DNA from: Bugula neritina
Taxonomy: Eukaryota; Animalia; Bryozoa
Length of the DNA stretch: 64,000 nucleotides
Direction of reading: 5' to 3'
Assembly: GCA_964035545.1 (NCBI GenBank)
Contig: OZ037770.1
Span: forward strand, 6,830,729-6,894,728
Below, piece after piece: positions 26,001-39,533 of the stretch (position 1 is the stretch's first letter; every line of letters starts with the position of its first letter). The notes beneath the pieces were generated by a model. The model did not search any database and had not been told where the DNA came from. It worked only from the letters and a program-made list of their open reading frames with translations. Made by a program: the position numbers and the translations under genes.

Positions 26001-26044
26001 CGATGTCCAGTAATGATGACATGTGGGAGCAGTCCAGCCTTTAG
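20065..26044 (+). CDS. NUFIP1: NUFIP1 (nuclear FMR1-interacting protein 1; box C/D snoRNP assembly factor), ~481 aa
   Basis: Exons 20065-20436, 22832-22981, 23387-23463, 23871-23963, 24304-24385, 24858-24924, 25125-25412, 25581-25744, 25892-26044 are in phase. C2H2 region YYCDACDRAFK...H...HEKC...C; PEP motif IQKWREERRRNYPT; ALGSLMSSYG; C-terminal TLLEKLLAGEMRHERNVLLQCVRYVIQQEFF. Middle exon edges are less certain. Confidence 0.9.
20652..21173. mobile_element. MITE with GG...CC termini and 8-bp TSD (Merlin- or MULE-like)
   Basis: TIR GGT(T/G)TCATCCCAGATAGACG; TSD ATCAGTAT (20644-20651, 21174-21181); subterminal repeats CCCA(G/C)TT(A/G)GACGC. Confidence 0.75.
21310..21400 (-). mobile_element. 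Short tRNA(Ala)-derived SINE family B
   Basis: Reverse complement TACCCAGTGGTCCCCGGGGTGTAATGGTTAGCAC...TTGCAA...GGTTCAATTCCC...GGGGTAAAATTATT; related copy at 41551. Confidence 0.65.
24590..24805. repeat. ~20-bp minisatellite (ACCACTACCTCAGGTAC)
   Basis: About 10 units in NUFIP1 intron 5; source of spurious ORF 24676-24972. Confidence 0.85.
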
Positions 26045-27093
26045 GTTCTTCCTATTTATATGGAATATGCCAACAAATATTTGATCATTTTGACTTTTGT
26101 ACAACAATTTTATTTTACAGCTGAAAATTAACATTCTATGTCACGGTAGAATCCTCATTGCTGGTACGATTATGAATTTTTATCAACATTTTGCAATAGC
26201 ATTGTAAATTCTGCAGATTATGATTTCAAAATATAACTCAGTAAATGGATGTCACTAAATATGCATATGTACCTTTTGCCCAACTTCTGGTAAATCAACG
26301 CCTACCGTCATTGTGTATCTGGGGATTATGCAGCCATGGAAATTAGCATTGTAAGTGCATGTGGTGTACCTCAGCTTGTCATTGATTTTATTTCTTTACA
26401 CTTCTGTATAGCAAAAGAATTTTCCAATTGATATCTTACAGAAATATTTTATGGGTTTCTTCAAATCTTGCATAAAAAAGTAAAGCTGGCCAGTGGTTTA
26501 AACTGAACTATATTTTTTATATTAATTACTAATGGAGAATATAATTGGTCACTGCTAGCCATGTCTAGTTGCAAAGCCTGACCCATGTCCTGCTGCATTT
26601 TTAATCAGTCCAGTAGCACTCGGCCTTATTTAATGAAATGCGAATCTCGAATTTAACAGATTTATTATGTTTTAATTTGACATCCCATCTTTGCCGGAAA
26701 TGCTAACTTAAGTGTGTGCAACTTCTGCCTAGTTTTACTAAGCTAAACATTCAATTTCTTTAAAGGGCTTGATCTTCACAGGGCATAGACTATAGAGAAT
26801 CAGCCAGTCTGAGCATACAAAGGCAAATGCTAAGGCCTCCATTTTGTTTACTCAAGATGCTTAGCCTTATGCTTGGTCTATTTGCAGACAACTTTATAAG
26901 TGAAACCCACTTCATATTTGAGCTATTTTGTTATTAAATCCTATTCCAAACATGATGGTGTGCAATGGTTCCCACTCTGAGTGCCCATGTTGAAAAAACA
27001 CATGCAATCAATTTTTTTCTTGTACACGGTACAGTACTATTGTTGTGATTTTGTGGATTATAAGAATAGACTAGTAGTCTGCATGCCAGTTAT

Positions 27094-27560
27094 TGTGAGA
27101 GAAATAAAGAGTCTTGATTAAAATGAATCTATGAGTATTTATTTCTTCTGACTGCTTCGAGCTCCAGTACAAGAATGAATTAACATTGAAAAGCTTCGCA
27201 CTTATATAGGGGGGAATTCCCGCCACTAATGAGGGGCCGAAACTCGTGCGAACGTCGGGGTTCCGCCGACCGACATCGGAGGGAGTACTGCCCGATCTCG
27301 GGCAGGTCCCTCCGACATCGTGTCTTCGGTCTCCGACTTCGCACGAGTCTCGGCTTACATATAATAAAAAGAAAACGAGTGCGAGGGAATACAACTCACA
27401 AAAACTATTACAGTAAACAAACAAAAATAATAGGAAGGGCAATTCACAATCATTACGCTATTTACTACACTAAGCTTAGCTATAATTACAATATTTGAGG
27501 CATTAGAAAGCTACGCAAGGAGCTTAGCTATAATTACAGCATTTACAGTATTTACAAAGT
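27094..27560 (-). mobile_element. LTR-like fragment containing a GC-rich hairpin
   Basis: On -: CCCCCTATATAAG, then AATAAA, ending ...TCTCTCACA. Other end and TSD not found. Confidence 0.35.
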
Positions 27561-29933
27561 TACGCCAAGTCTATTATAATAGTGACGCGATATAATTACT
27601 AGAGCGTTAAAATCCATTACACTATTATATGCTATACAATCTTTATTCGTTAGCCTGAATCACTGCGCTTAATACGGAGTTATCTTTTATTAGGGTCAAA
27701 ATAATCTGCGGCCGTCACTTTTTACAATTTATATTGGGAGTTTACAGTACTACTAGTACTTGTTGAAACAGTTTTGAATATTTTTTTCAACTTGCATTTT
27801 TGTGATATAAAAACTTTTTTCTACAAAATAGCATTGAGTGTTTCAAACTGAAAGTGATATTTTTACGGGCGCAGCCATTTTGATTTATTCTCGCCGTGTT
27901 CTTTGTTTCCATCGTTTTGCCAGTGTAATTCTCACCAACTCGTTGTCTAAGGTTAATAATAATATTAATATCAATATAATTACTAATAGCTGTACTTGTT
28001 AGACTGTTACTCTGTTAGACTTAGTCATCAAGCTAGTGTTGATTGTCTGCATATTAGTATTACATTTTCATTTTGATTTGGTTAAACTTAAAGTTTTACG
28101 TTTAGTTTGAGTCGTTTCACTAGTGACTAGTCACTATGACTATCACTGTGGCTAACTCTAAGTTAGTCTAAGAGTTAGAGTAAGTCTAATACTAATAGTA
28201 ATAGTAATACTAATAGCATAGTTATACTTGTAGTAATACTAAGAGTAATATTTATATTAAATTTAATAAAACATACTCATACTGATACTTATAAGTTATA
28301 TAGTATTGTACTAAAACTAAAAGTAAAACTAAATCAAAATGTAATACTCTAATACTAATAGTAATACTAATACTAGTAATAGTAATACTCAAATAGTAAT
28401 ACGCTAATACTAATAGTAATAGTAGTGACTAATCACTGATTAGACTAATGGTAATAACTAATTATCCAGTAGTACTGCTAAATTACTATTAGTGCTGTTA
28501 CTGTTAGTATTACTAACAACACTATGAACACTCGAATTATCATCGTGATTGTCACTTTGAATTTGTAATTATCATATTATGAGATTCAGATTTAATGACG
28601 AATCAATACCACCGGCACAAACTATCAGTATCACTATCAGTCCCATGCCATTGGATTGATATTCATTGGTGATTATTAGGTACTGCTGAAATATGAAATT
28701 AAAATAATTGAATAGGCCTCGTAGTTGTAGTACTAGTTGTATCTTATCTCCACCTTCAACTTATTATTAATATTATTATGCGGATATGCATTTAATTTTC
28801 ATTTCTTTTGCTTAAACTTTTCATTTTAGAGTTTAGACCCTATGTTTTTGTTACCATTGTTGTTAGCTGTTAGGGTTACTAGTTATGTACTAGTTAATGC
28901 TACTGATATTTCTCATATATTTGTTTTTATAGTAATACCAATAGTAATAGAGTAATAATAAATTTACAGACATACTTAGATATTTTAAATCACTAGAAGT
29001 TTTGAGTTTTTAAACTTGTAATCATTTTATAAGTAAACTGAAATTTAATAAGTCTTTAGCTTCAGTTTTAATCAAGCAAACAAAATTTTTCCGTGGTATT
29101 TAGCTTTTATTAGATTTTATACAACTTTAATTTTAAAATAATATTTTTTTCTAAGTTTAATCTAAACCCATCAGTCCATTATCATTATATATGGTTATAA
29201 AGTGAAAGGGCATTGTGATTTTCTGTTGAATTTGCTTTTTATTTTGATCATTGATTCTGATTCAAATCGTATTTGTTCTAGAAATACCGATAACTGAAAA
29301 TATTCAATTGTTATTTTTAGACTTCATCATCCGTATTCCATATGAATACAAAAATTCACATTCATTTAATGTGTGTTAGTATTACTTAGCCAAACTGTAA
29401 TATGTTGCATTAACTGAATGCAGCAGTAAACTCCAGGCATTATCATTATGCAATGCTACCAATGCTTGCAATAACTTTTACAGTTCCCAGTGTCAATGTT
29501 ACATTTTGACTGCTAGTATTAATAGAGTTAAATTCTTAGGTATTCATCTTGATATTGCCTAGTCCAATTGACCATGAAATTGAATGTTGCTGAATAAGTA
29601 TCTCATCAGTATTCAACAAATGTTAAAGTCATAGTGTGTTGCAATTTAGGTTTTCAGATTTTGTTTAAATTTCTAAACCAACCAATTATGTTCTTCTCTG
29701 CAGCTACTCACTCACTCCCTGTCATGCAAGAATTAAGTTGCACATCAGAAATATGCTGATGTACAGCATACTCAGTAAAATGAACTTTTATGTAAATGTT
29801 AACGGTGTAAAGTACATTTGACCTATTTTCTCTGCTCTGGATTTGCCATGTTTTGTAATGTCCCAAAGTGTTACGTTTTAGAAACATCACCAAATTGGCA
29901 TACTGTATAAAAGGAATAGAAAATCTTCACAAT

Positions 29934-32900
29934 ATGAATTCAACTAATGGCGAGGAAAGTTATGCCGCCGACTACAGTCAAACTCATGCAGAAGACACCA
30001 ATTCCGAGGTGTTCTATCAACTCATACAAGCTAATATCACGGAGGTAAATTCTGCCATCTTTACTGCTCACTCTTTTTTTATGAACTGAAATACAAAGTG
30101 CTATGCTACTCGTCTTTTAGGAATTTTATGTCCATGGAAAATTTCCTTTGAAATTGTTTTATAAATAGCATTATAGAAAAATGCATTCTACAGTAATTGT
30201 TTGACCATTGTTTCTTTAAATTGTAGCATGTATTTTTGCAATTTGGAATGATACTATATAACCTATAGTCTGTTAATATAGAGCTTTGTGAAGGTACAAT
30301 AGAGTGCCAAATAACAGTAGGCCCTTGGGTGTCTTTGCACATGGTTTTTTTTTTATTAAGATTTACACATTTGCACATGAAATGGTTAACACAGTGAGGT
30401 TTATGATTTCTATACTTGATGTAGGATGTGGCAACACAAGTGAATGACCTGGTGGCTAATGGCGTGTTAGCTGCTGGAGATATTACTGAGAGGGTTCAGG
30501 CTGAACTCCTTAACCTTCCTGTAGAGCTCATGAATTCTATCACCAATGAGGTGGGTGTCTCCCAACCCGTCCCTTATGATATACTGTAGCATCTACTATG
30601 TGATATACTATAGCATATACTATATGATATACTGTAGCATCTACTATGTGATATACTGTACTATATGATATACTGTAGCATCTACTATGTGATATACTAT
30701 AGCATATACTATATGATATACTGTAGCATCTACTATATGATATACTGTACTATATGATATACTGTAGCATCTACTATGTGATATACTATAGCATATACTA
30801 TATGATATACTGTAGCATCTACTATGTGATATACTGTAGCATATACTATATGATATACTGTACTATGTGATATACTGTACTATATGATATACTGTAGCAT
30901 CTACTATGTGATATACTATAACATCTACTGTATGATATAATGTACTCTCTACTATATAATATACCATAACATAATACGCTAATATTTCTATGCCAACTCA
31001 GCTCACTACTTCCGACGTGTCAAACCTGAAGAACAAGGCAGCATATCTGATTGGTTTAATAAAGACTCAGAGGAAAAAGATGCCAGACTTCACGTCTGCA
31101 GAGTCCAGCACTTCACTCAGCGCTGCCACTAGTAATGCTGACACCAGCTCCATAGACATCAACCAGCTGCCTATCACCTATGGTAAACACTACAAGGGAG
31201 CGGGTCTCGGCCCCAATGTCAATGCGGAGGCTGTCAAGGTATGCCCGTGTTTCTCACTGCCATAGCCTCAGTGCCTCTGCTCTTGGTGTGGTTGGAGTGT
31301 TTCTAATGATGTTTTTATTGTGTGCTGTAGAAACTCCTGTTAAGGACAGGATATGCCATGGATCTTTCTCCCGGGCAGAGACAGTATGGGCCCCCACCCA
31401 ACTGGACTGGAGGGAAACCCGGTAAAGGCTGTGAGGTGAGACGCCATTTGCAGGAGATATCGTATAACAAATAGACTAGATGGAGGTGTTGTGTGTTGCA
31501 GTTGTAATAATTTGTTACGGCAGTAGAGTGCATATATCACAGACAATGTTAGGGAGTAATGTGTAAACTTTGGCTCTTATTAGGCTGTGACATGTTGAAG
31601 TTGTCTTCCTTTTCACAAGCTTCAATGTTTTGTCTTCTATCTATATTACAGATATAACTGCATCCATTCACACTATACTATAAGATGACTTTATAATATT
31701 TATCTATACACTATATACCTGTTTATCTATACACAATATACGTACTTACCTATACAGAATATACGTGCTTACCTATACATAATATACGTACTTACCTATA
31801 CACAATATACGTACTTACCTATACATAATATACGTACTTACCCATACATATTATACATACTTACATATACATAATATACATACTTACATATACAGAATAT
31901 ACATACTTACCTATACACGATATACGTACTTACCTATACATATATATACGTACTTACCTATACATATTATACATACTTACCTATACATAATATACGTACT
32001 TACCTATACATAATATACATACTTACATATACAGAATATACATACTTACCTATACAGAATATACGTACTTGCCTATACATAATATACATACTTACCTATA
32101 CATAATATACATACTTACCTATACATAATATACATACTTACCTGTACATAATATACGTACTTATCTGTACAGAATATACATACTTACCTATACATAATAT
32201 ACATACTTACCTATAAACAATATACGTACTTACATATAAAGAATATACATACTTACCTATAAACAATATACGTACTTACATATACATAATATACATACTT
32301 ACCTATACATAATATACTTACCTATCTCATACACATATTGTATGCTCTGCTGTAGGTGTTCATAGGAGGTCTGTTACGGGAAACATTTGAAGACACACTG
32401 GTGCCGCTGCTAGAAGATTGTGGTATGATTTATGAGCTGAGAATTATGACCAACCCTACTGATGGCATCAACAAAGGCTTTGCTTTCTGTATTTTCTCAA
32501 ACAAGAGCGAGGCCCAGTCTTGCGTTAACCAGGTACTTGTACTTATGTTTTCTGCAATGCTGTTAGAGTACAGTACAGTGAAAAGTTGCATGCGCCAGAT
32601 GTGGGTGATAGATGTAACAATGTGTACAATTTTATTCCAGCTGAATGGTAAAGCAATGGGCAGGAGTCGTTTTCTCAAGGTCAACGTTCACAACCCTAAC
32701 ACACGGCTGTTTGTTGGTGGAGTGGACAAATCCAAGTCAAAAGAAATAATCTTTCAGACTATATCCGGAATCACACGTATGTCTGACTTGTTACCACATT
32801 CTTATGAAGTCTGTGCAGTTACATGCATTGTACCGCGTCTCTGTTCTCTTCCTACATAGCCTAGTTTCTTGCAGCTGGTCTCACTGACGTCATATTGAAG

Positions 32901-35089
32901 GGAGACACAGAGAACCCCCGCAATAAACACCGTGGGTTCGTGTTCCTTGATTATGAAGAGCACAAACTTGCCTCTTCGGCTATCAAGAAGCTTATGCTGC
33001 CGCAGACACTTATATTTGGTAAGAACCTGTTTGCTGACTGGGCAGAACCTATGGCGGATGTGTCAGATGAGGTGATGGCGACAGTGAAGGTTCTGTACGT
33101 GAAGGGGCTGACCACCAGTGTCACAGAGGAGGTGCTCAAGGACAGGTTCTCACCGTACGGTGCCATCGACAGCGTGAAGAAACTCAAGGACTATGCGTTT
33201 GTTCACTTTCAGAGCCGAGAAGATGCACTGCAGGTGAGTTTCTGTGGTCTGACTGACAGGTTGTAACTTCTGGCCTAAGGCTACATGACAGATCCCCTCC
33301 CTACCTTGTAATGCTGAGTGTGTGCTGCTTGCAGGCTATGAATGATCTGAATGGGATGAGGGTAGAGGACGCCACTCTCGAAGTGACACTCGCTAAACCA
33401 AACGCCAAGAAGAAAGAGCCCAAGATGTAAATGTTTAAGCCCTCTTTACTCATATGTAGCTGTATTGCTCTTACAGTGTGTATGTTGAAATAAACACATT
33501 GAAACTAGTGGTAGTGTGAAGCTATTCACTATGTTACCAAACAGCCCTAGGAGAAGGGGACTACAGTTCGTTACATGCTTGATTCTCTTGCTAGCTGTAG
33601 TGAGTTGTAGCAGCGAGCACAGCTAGTTAATTTCCAACTTGCTTTTGTTGTCTACTAGATGTTATGCTGGCTACAAGCAACACTGTGTGATGTGTTCTAC
33701 CGAATGTGCTGTTTGTTAGGCCTGTCTCGGCAGGGGCTATGAGGGGTCGAGGTGGACCACCCATGAGAGGGCACGTGCCCCCGCTTCTTGCACAATCAGT
33801 TGGTGGAAGAGGGGAGTTTTCATCCCCTGTCCGAGGTGGCTTTGGAGGGAGAGGTACTCCCAGGGGTGCTCCAAGAGGAGGCAGAGGTGTTGGCGGTGGC
33901 TTTGATTCTCCCAGAAGTGGAGGATTTGGTCGTGGAGGCAGCAATATGAGTCGTGGAGGCAGCAGTATGAGTCGTGGAGGCAGCGGTATGAGTCGTGGAG
34001 GCAGCGGTATGAGTCGTGGAGGCAGCGGTATGAGTCGTGGAGGCAGCGGTATGAGTCGTGGAGGAAGTAGTGTTAGCCATGGTGGCAGCTTGGCTCGGGG
34101 CGGAGGAATGCATCGTGAGGTCGGCGGTGTGAGTAGAGGTGGTGCCAGGGGAGCTCCACGTGGTAGAGTTGCCGCACCAAGACCTGCTCCGGGTGAGAAC
34201 CGCTATTACTTGTAATATTTTGTCTCTAGACGGGGTGAATATTCCCTCCTTTAACTCTCTAAATTTTAACTTCTATTGCAACTATCAATGCGATCTGCCA
34301 ACCTTGATCAGTGTTTCAACAGGTCAAAGGTCACTGTTGATCAGCTCCACTACTCAATGTGTTGGTTATATTATAACTAATAGATATTATCTGATTCTTG
34401 GTATGCCTTATGATGTTGTTGAGACTCACAACTATTGATTCATTTAGGTGGATACAGCCGGGTAGCTTCTTACGACTACGGTCACACCTCCAGCTACCCT
34501 TCTAGCAGGTAAAACTCTTCATACTCTGTCTAACACTCTACGCTATGTAATATTGTTTCTCATTACATTGAATTACTCCTACTACAATACACTATAGCAA
34601 GTCAAATAGCAACATTACATATCACTTACAATATTATTGTAGCTTGTATGGTGACAGTTATAGAGCTCTTCCTTCTCTGGTAAGTTTATGCTGGAGTAGC
34701 CATGCTGTATGTTGTGTAAACAATAGTTCATAGTATATTTTATATTGCCATAATTTGCTATTGAGATAAAATACTAGTAAACAATGGCAATCTTATCAGC
34801 AATATTTCAACAGGGAACCCGCAGTCCAAGGACATCATCTCTAGCCTATAGTCACTATGATAGTGCGTCTGGGTACCGAAGCCTGCCCGCCCCCCGACCA
34901 CCAGTAAAGCGCTCTGTTCCTGCGTACTCAGCCTATGATGCATACGAAGGAGTGGCTGCTAAGAAACCGAGGGAAGAATACGACATGTGGGCAACTGGTG
35001 CTTTCACACAGCAACCCCTCTCTGCTCACTCCGCATATGGAGTGAAGCCATCGGCAGCCAGTGCCTGGTATACCGACAGTTACCCGTGA
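29934..35089 (+). CDS. SYNCRIP: hnRNP Q/R (SYNCRIP)-like RNA-binding protein, ~729 aa
   Basis: Exons 29934-30044, 30425-30550, 31002-31238, 31331-31435, 32356-32532, 32641-32776, 32875-33233, 33335-33426, 33720-34192, 34448-34508, 34643-34679, 34814-35089. N-terminal helical domain (SNLKNKAAYLIGLIK); RTGY...GQRQYGPPP; three RRMs (KGFAFCIF; RGFVFLDYEEHKLA; DWAEP...VKVLYVKGL...KLKDYAFVHF); RGG tail. Possible non-coding first exon ending ~27951. Confidence 0.9.
30577..30960. repeat. Minisatellite (GATATACTGTAGCATCTACTAT)
   Basis: Tandem variant units in a SYNCRIP intron. Confidence 0.9.
31720..32325. repeat. 23-bp minisatellite (TACTTACCTATACATAATATAC core)
   Basis: About 25 units ending ~30 bp upstream of the 3' splice site at 32355. 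Confidence 0.93.
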
Positions 35090-38000
35090 CGTCGTGTCGC
35101 GCAGAGTGACCCATAGCTGGTGCTGCTCTCTGTTGTCTGTATATAATCCTCTCAGCTGCTGTAAGTCTTATAGTAACTAGTATAAAGTTGTTTAGTGCCA
35201 CTCGAAAGAGACAGACAATTTCACGCAGTTGTGAAAATAAAATCATAAAAAGGGCTCCGTCAAATGGAAACTTTTTCGTAGAAACTTTTAATTTGTTTAT
35301 ATGTAAATATGTGCGGCTTTAAATTGGTTTACCATTTTTTGCTAAGGAAAATTTAAGTGTAAATACTTTTTCTACTGTCAAATTTTAGTTAGTTTTTCAA
35401 CTGATTGGAAACCAAAATACTCTGGTTGCCCTTATTTTATATGATAATTCGTTGGGATTTTGTGATTTGTTTTCATTAATAAATATTGTAAGAAGAATCA
35501 GCACTGCATAGCCATATGTGTGTTTAAAAGGCAGAGATATCACTTTAATTAGAAAACTAAATTCTTTGTTAGCTTTTAGAAAAAAAAAAGAATTTAAAAG
35601 GAATTGAAATGCTTAACAGAACTGTATTTGTTGTTTTAATATATTGAGCATTGTGCTGGAACTATCAGTCTGGTCATCTAATGGAAGATTATTTTGTGTC
35701 CTTGCATTAAATTTCATTCCGTCAATATCATTAAATCAGTGAAACCACTAAGAAAATAGTTGGAAACTTTCATAAAATGATGACATTGTAAAATGGTCGT
35801 GTTCTTTGAAACTACATGTAGAATAATTGTCTCGGATCTCTTGCCTGTTCTTGAATTTCCATGAGGGTTTCCGGCAATTGCTGATGAAATTCTGTTTTAT
35901 GGGTACTGAAATTTTTCACAAGCCTAATTTTTTGTTAGAGAAATATTAATTCATAGGTTTCAAATTCTAATAGCACCCATTGTTTTCAAACCAATGGTGT
36001 AGTGCTGAAGTATTCAATACCAAGTCTCTAGCCCTTCACCAGATATCAAACTCCCAGTCAACAGATTTATTTCTTGCATTCCAGCTCAACAGTCCCCATT
36101 CTAGTGCCATTTCCTAGCTATTTTACTAATAGGTAATGTAAAACAAATAGTTATATGATTGAAAAAATTACAAGTCAGTTATCAGCTGTAGTCATCATTT
36201 TGTTTTTAGCAAATTTAGTAGTTCAGAAAATTACCAAGTAATTAGCCAACATGTTTTCCATAGTGTTCATGTTGAGTAAATACATAAAAATTGTTGCTTT
36301 CTCATTTTATTTGTCATGCTGTTTGTTGATTTCGTGAAATATTTACATTTCTAGTAGTTATATACATTTTGAAAGGCCAATTTCTATACACTTTACGAAT
36401 AAAGTACTTTTCAAACACGTATAAGTCCAGTTTTCAAGCTACAAGCCATTGCATACAGGGAACTGGGTTTTAGCTGACCCTAATGGAGCTTTCATACGAA
36501 ATCAGTATCTTGAAAAGAAACTCAAGTTTTAGCAATTTCTGAAAATTCTGGATGCACCAAACGCTTCATTTCATCTCAAAAATGAATTTCTGAAATGAAG
36601 TCTCAGGTAAAAAAGTTCTACTTCTCTTATCTAAATTATTAGCATACTTAAAAATGAACTCCATAAAACTTATTTTTGTTTTTGTACATTAGTCCCTAAA
36701 CAAACCTTTTATGCTTTTCAACTGTTTTTATCAAATAATATTGTTTGGATACTTTCCAGCCTTTAGCACACACTGGCCACATGGTTTTTTTGTGATTTTC
36801 TATTAAATTTAGAAATGTGTGTGGACTGATTTACATATATTTCAATATTTAAAGAAATGTTGTATTTGATGAAATGGTACAATGTGCTACAATGTAAAGG
36901 ATATTAGAAATGTATTTTCAAACCAATGCACCAAAAAAATATTCGTAGCTCTGTGTAAAAAGAGTTGAAGGTGCGACCTGTAGCATCATCTATACCATCT
37001 AATCTTTTAGACGTGACCTCAAGGTCAATTCTTTATTTGTTATACTTGGCAGCCACGAAACCACCCTCTTGTCCCATAACAACCAGCTCTACAAAGTTGC
37101 TGCATTTCCCTACAATATTATATTGCCGTACCTTGGCATATAGTTTTGACAAGTGTTTGCCATGTAAACCTGTATTTACTGTAATCTTCAGCATGTTTAT
37201 ATTTTAGCTCTTGTATTCACTCAACCAACTAACTTGCTGCAGATTGCAGTTGATGCATGCTGTGACATGATAGCCCGCTACATCTACTTCAGGTCTGTAT
37301 ATGCCCTGCAAATGTTACCATAGTAAAGCCCCATTTTCTATGTAGATCAACAGTTGGTACTTTAGTAATTATTGTAGATCAATTAGTAATTGACTCTTTG
37401 AATCTTGCAGAGTTTGACTTGTCATTTGCTACTGAATTGTTGCTTGTGTAACTAGCAACTTGCTGTCCATATGTTATCAGTGCAGCCTGACTCTTGATTC
37501 TTTCTAATCTTGTAGCAGAACTTTAGTACTACTCAGTGGAGACATCTTCAAAACCTACAGAGTGAGTTGCTTTGTGCTGCTGAATCCCTCAATTTCCGTC
37601 AACTAGATTTTAGTTTACTTATGGCTAAGCAGTATGTCGTCCATTAATCATGGCCCTTCCTTCTAAAACTGGCTTTGGAAACTAGCCTCAGCAATTAATG
37701 AATGTCATGATTTTCTCCAATCTAATACCATATGTTTATGGATTATGTATTTAGATGTCTTATTTACATTCCGTATATCTAGTGTAGACTCTTTAAAATT
37801 GGCCAGTATCTTTGCTATGCAAGTGACATCATTTACTCATATTCAAGGATACAATTTTTAGACTAAAATATATATGCTTGCTGTACAAAAGGAATGCATA
37901 ACTCGGAATTTGTTGATTCGGTGACCTGCTTTTATAATATTGTGATGATACTTCTGGGTCACAATTTTATATTTAGACTATGAACTAATCTTTCCGACCA

Positions 38001-39533
38001 ACATGCACGCATACACATACAAGATGAACTTTATATTTCATTGTATTTTTATTTAATACATGTATTTTTTGCGCTGTTTTATATACTTTTTGCTAATTTC
38101 TGTATACAAGTTTCATTTTTAAAACCTATTTTTATTTCATTTATTTGGTATTTTAAATTATTTTTCTTTGTATAAGAACACATTTCTCTATGTCAAACAC
38201 TGCCAGTCTTATCAAATAAATTACTAGTCTAGAAGCAACATTAATGACTCATAGTTTCATGGCCATCATCTAAGCTTCCTCCATGTTTTCTGATGTAATA
38301 GCAAAACTGTTGCCTGTAATCGGATAGAAAATATTTTATACCGGCAATACATGTGTATGCCTAGGAAACTCTTAACTCAAATCTGCTTGGTCTGTGATAA
38401 TTAACCTGCTCAGACTTGTGATAGTACCTGGTGTTGGTGTTCCTGGTTTACTTAATCCGACTAGAACAACTTGTTCTAGCTTCTAGAAATTATGCTCTCT
38501 TTTGACAAATGGTACGCATGAAAAAACACTTGTCCATGGTCTTTGAGTAAAGCACTACCAGATCTTTGTTTTCTGATCAGTGGCTTAAGCATAATTACAT
38601 ATGTTTTTGCATTATAGCAAAGCTTTAGGTTATTTCTTCTGTAAATATAATGGAACTAAATTAATTTTTTCACTCAAGTCATTATAAAATTAGTAAAACG
38701 TATGCAGTTTAACCAACAGCATTGCTCTAGAAACATTGCTTATATTATAATATATATATAGTTGAATTAACAAATTTGTTTGGTAAAGTTTAATCGTACA
38801 AACCTGCTCATGCAACTGATTGCTATTGTGTAAAAGTATTTAGGACATTTGCAGTCATATAGACATGAAATCACTTATATTTAGACTTGTTTACAGCTGA
38901 TAGATAATAGTGCTCAGCAATTAATAAGACTCAGCATTCTGCATGTTCCGCTTCAACATATTTTCACATGGAACTCACAAGAACTAAACTCAGTAAGGTA
39001 AAAAGCACATTTGCAGAAACTTTTGTCTATCTAAAAATATAATGTACTGGATTTTGGGGTTGCTTTTGAAAGTTGTCTTTCCTTGTAATAATATTGTATA
39101 CTTTTTATTATGTACTTGTTAGAGTTGTCTTTCCTTGTAAATTTATTCTGAATGTTTTACCATTTGTCATGTAAATCCGATTGATTCGGGACGCCCGAAG
39201 TTCAGGAGGCTGACTTGGACCGAGACTGAATGAATTATTCTAGAACTTTGGGGGCTAGAATATGCACGGGGCGAGCTCGCCAGTGTAGACACATCATATG
39301 TATAGACTACTGCACCTTTGGATACTACAATAAAGTTATTCTATACACCTGGAATCGTCTTCTCTCTCTTATTGCAAAAAAGTATGTTCTCCAGTTAACT
39401 TTGCCAACCCACAAAACTATCACATTAAATTGGCTTTAATCATTTCAATATATTTAGACAAAAGATAAAGGAAGACAACTCCAAAAGTTTAGAGAATTTT
39501 TGTGGTTAACTGGGTGGACAGAATGATCTAGAG

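Noticed and set aside
27213-27265. Hammerhead-like CTAATGA-GGGGCC-GAAAC...GTC
   Set aside because: Core G is replaced by A, stem II is almost absent, stem I is offset, and the sequence is better explained as one arm of the long hairpin.
32134-32144. U1 snRNA gene
   Set aside because: Only the first 11 nt match; no U1 stem-loops or Sm site follow.
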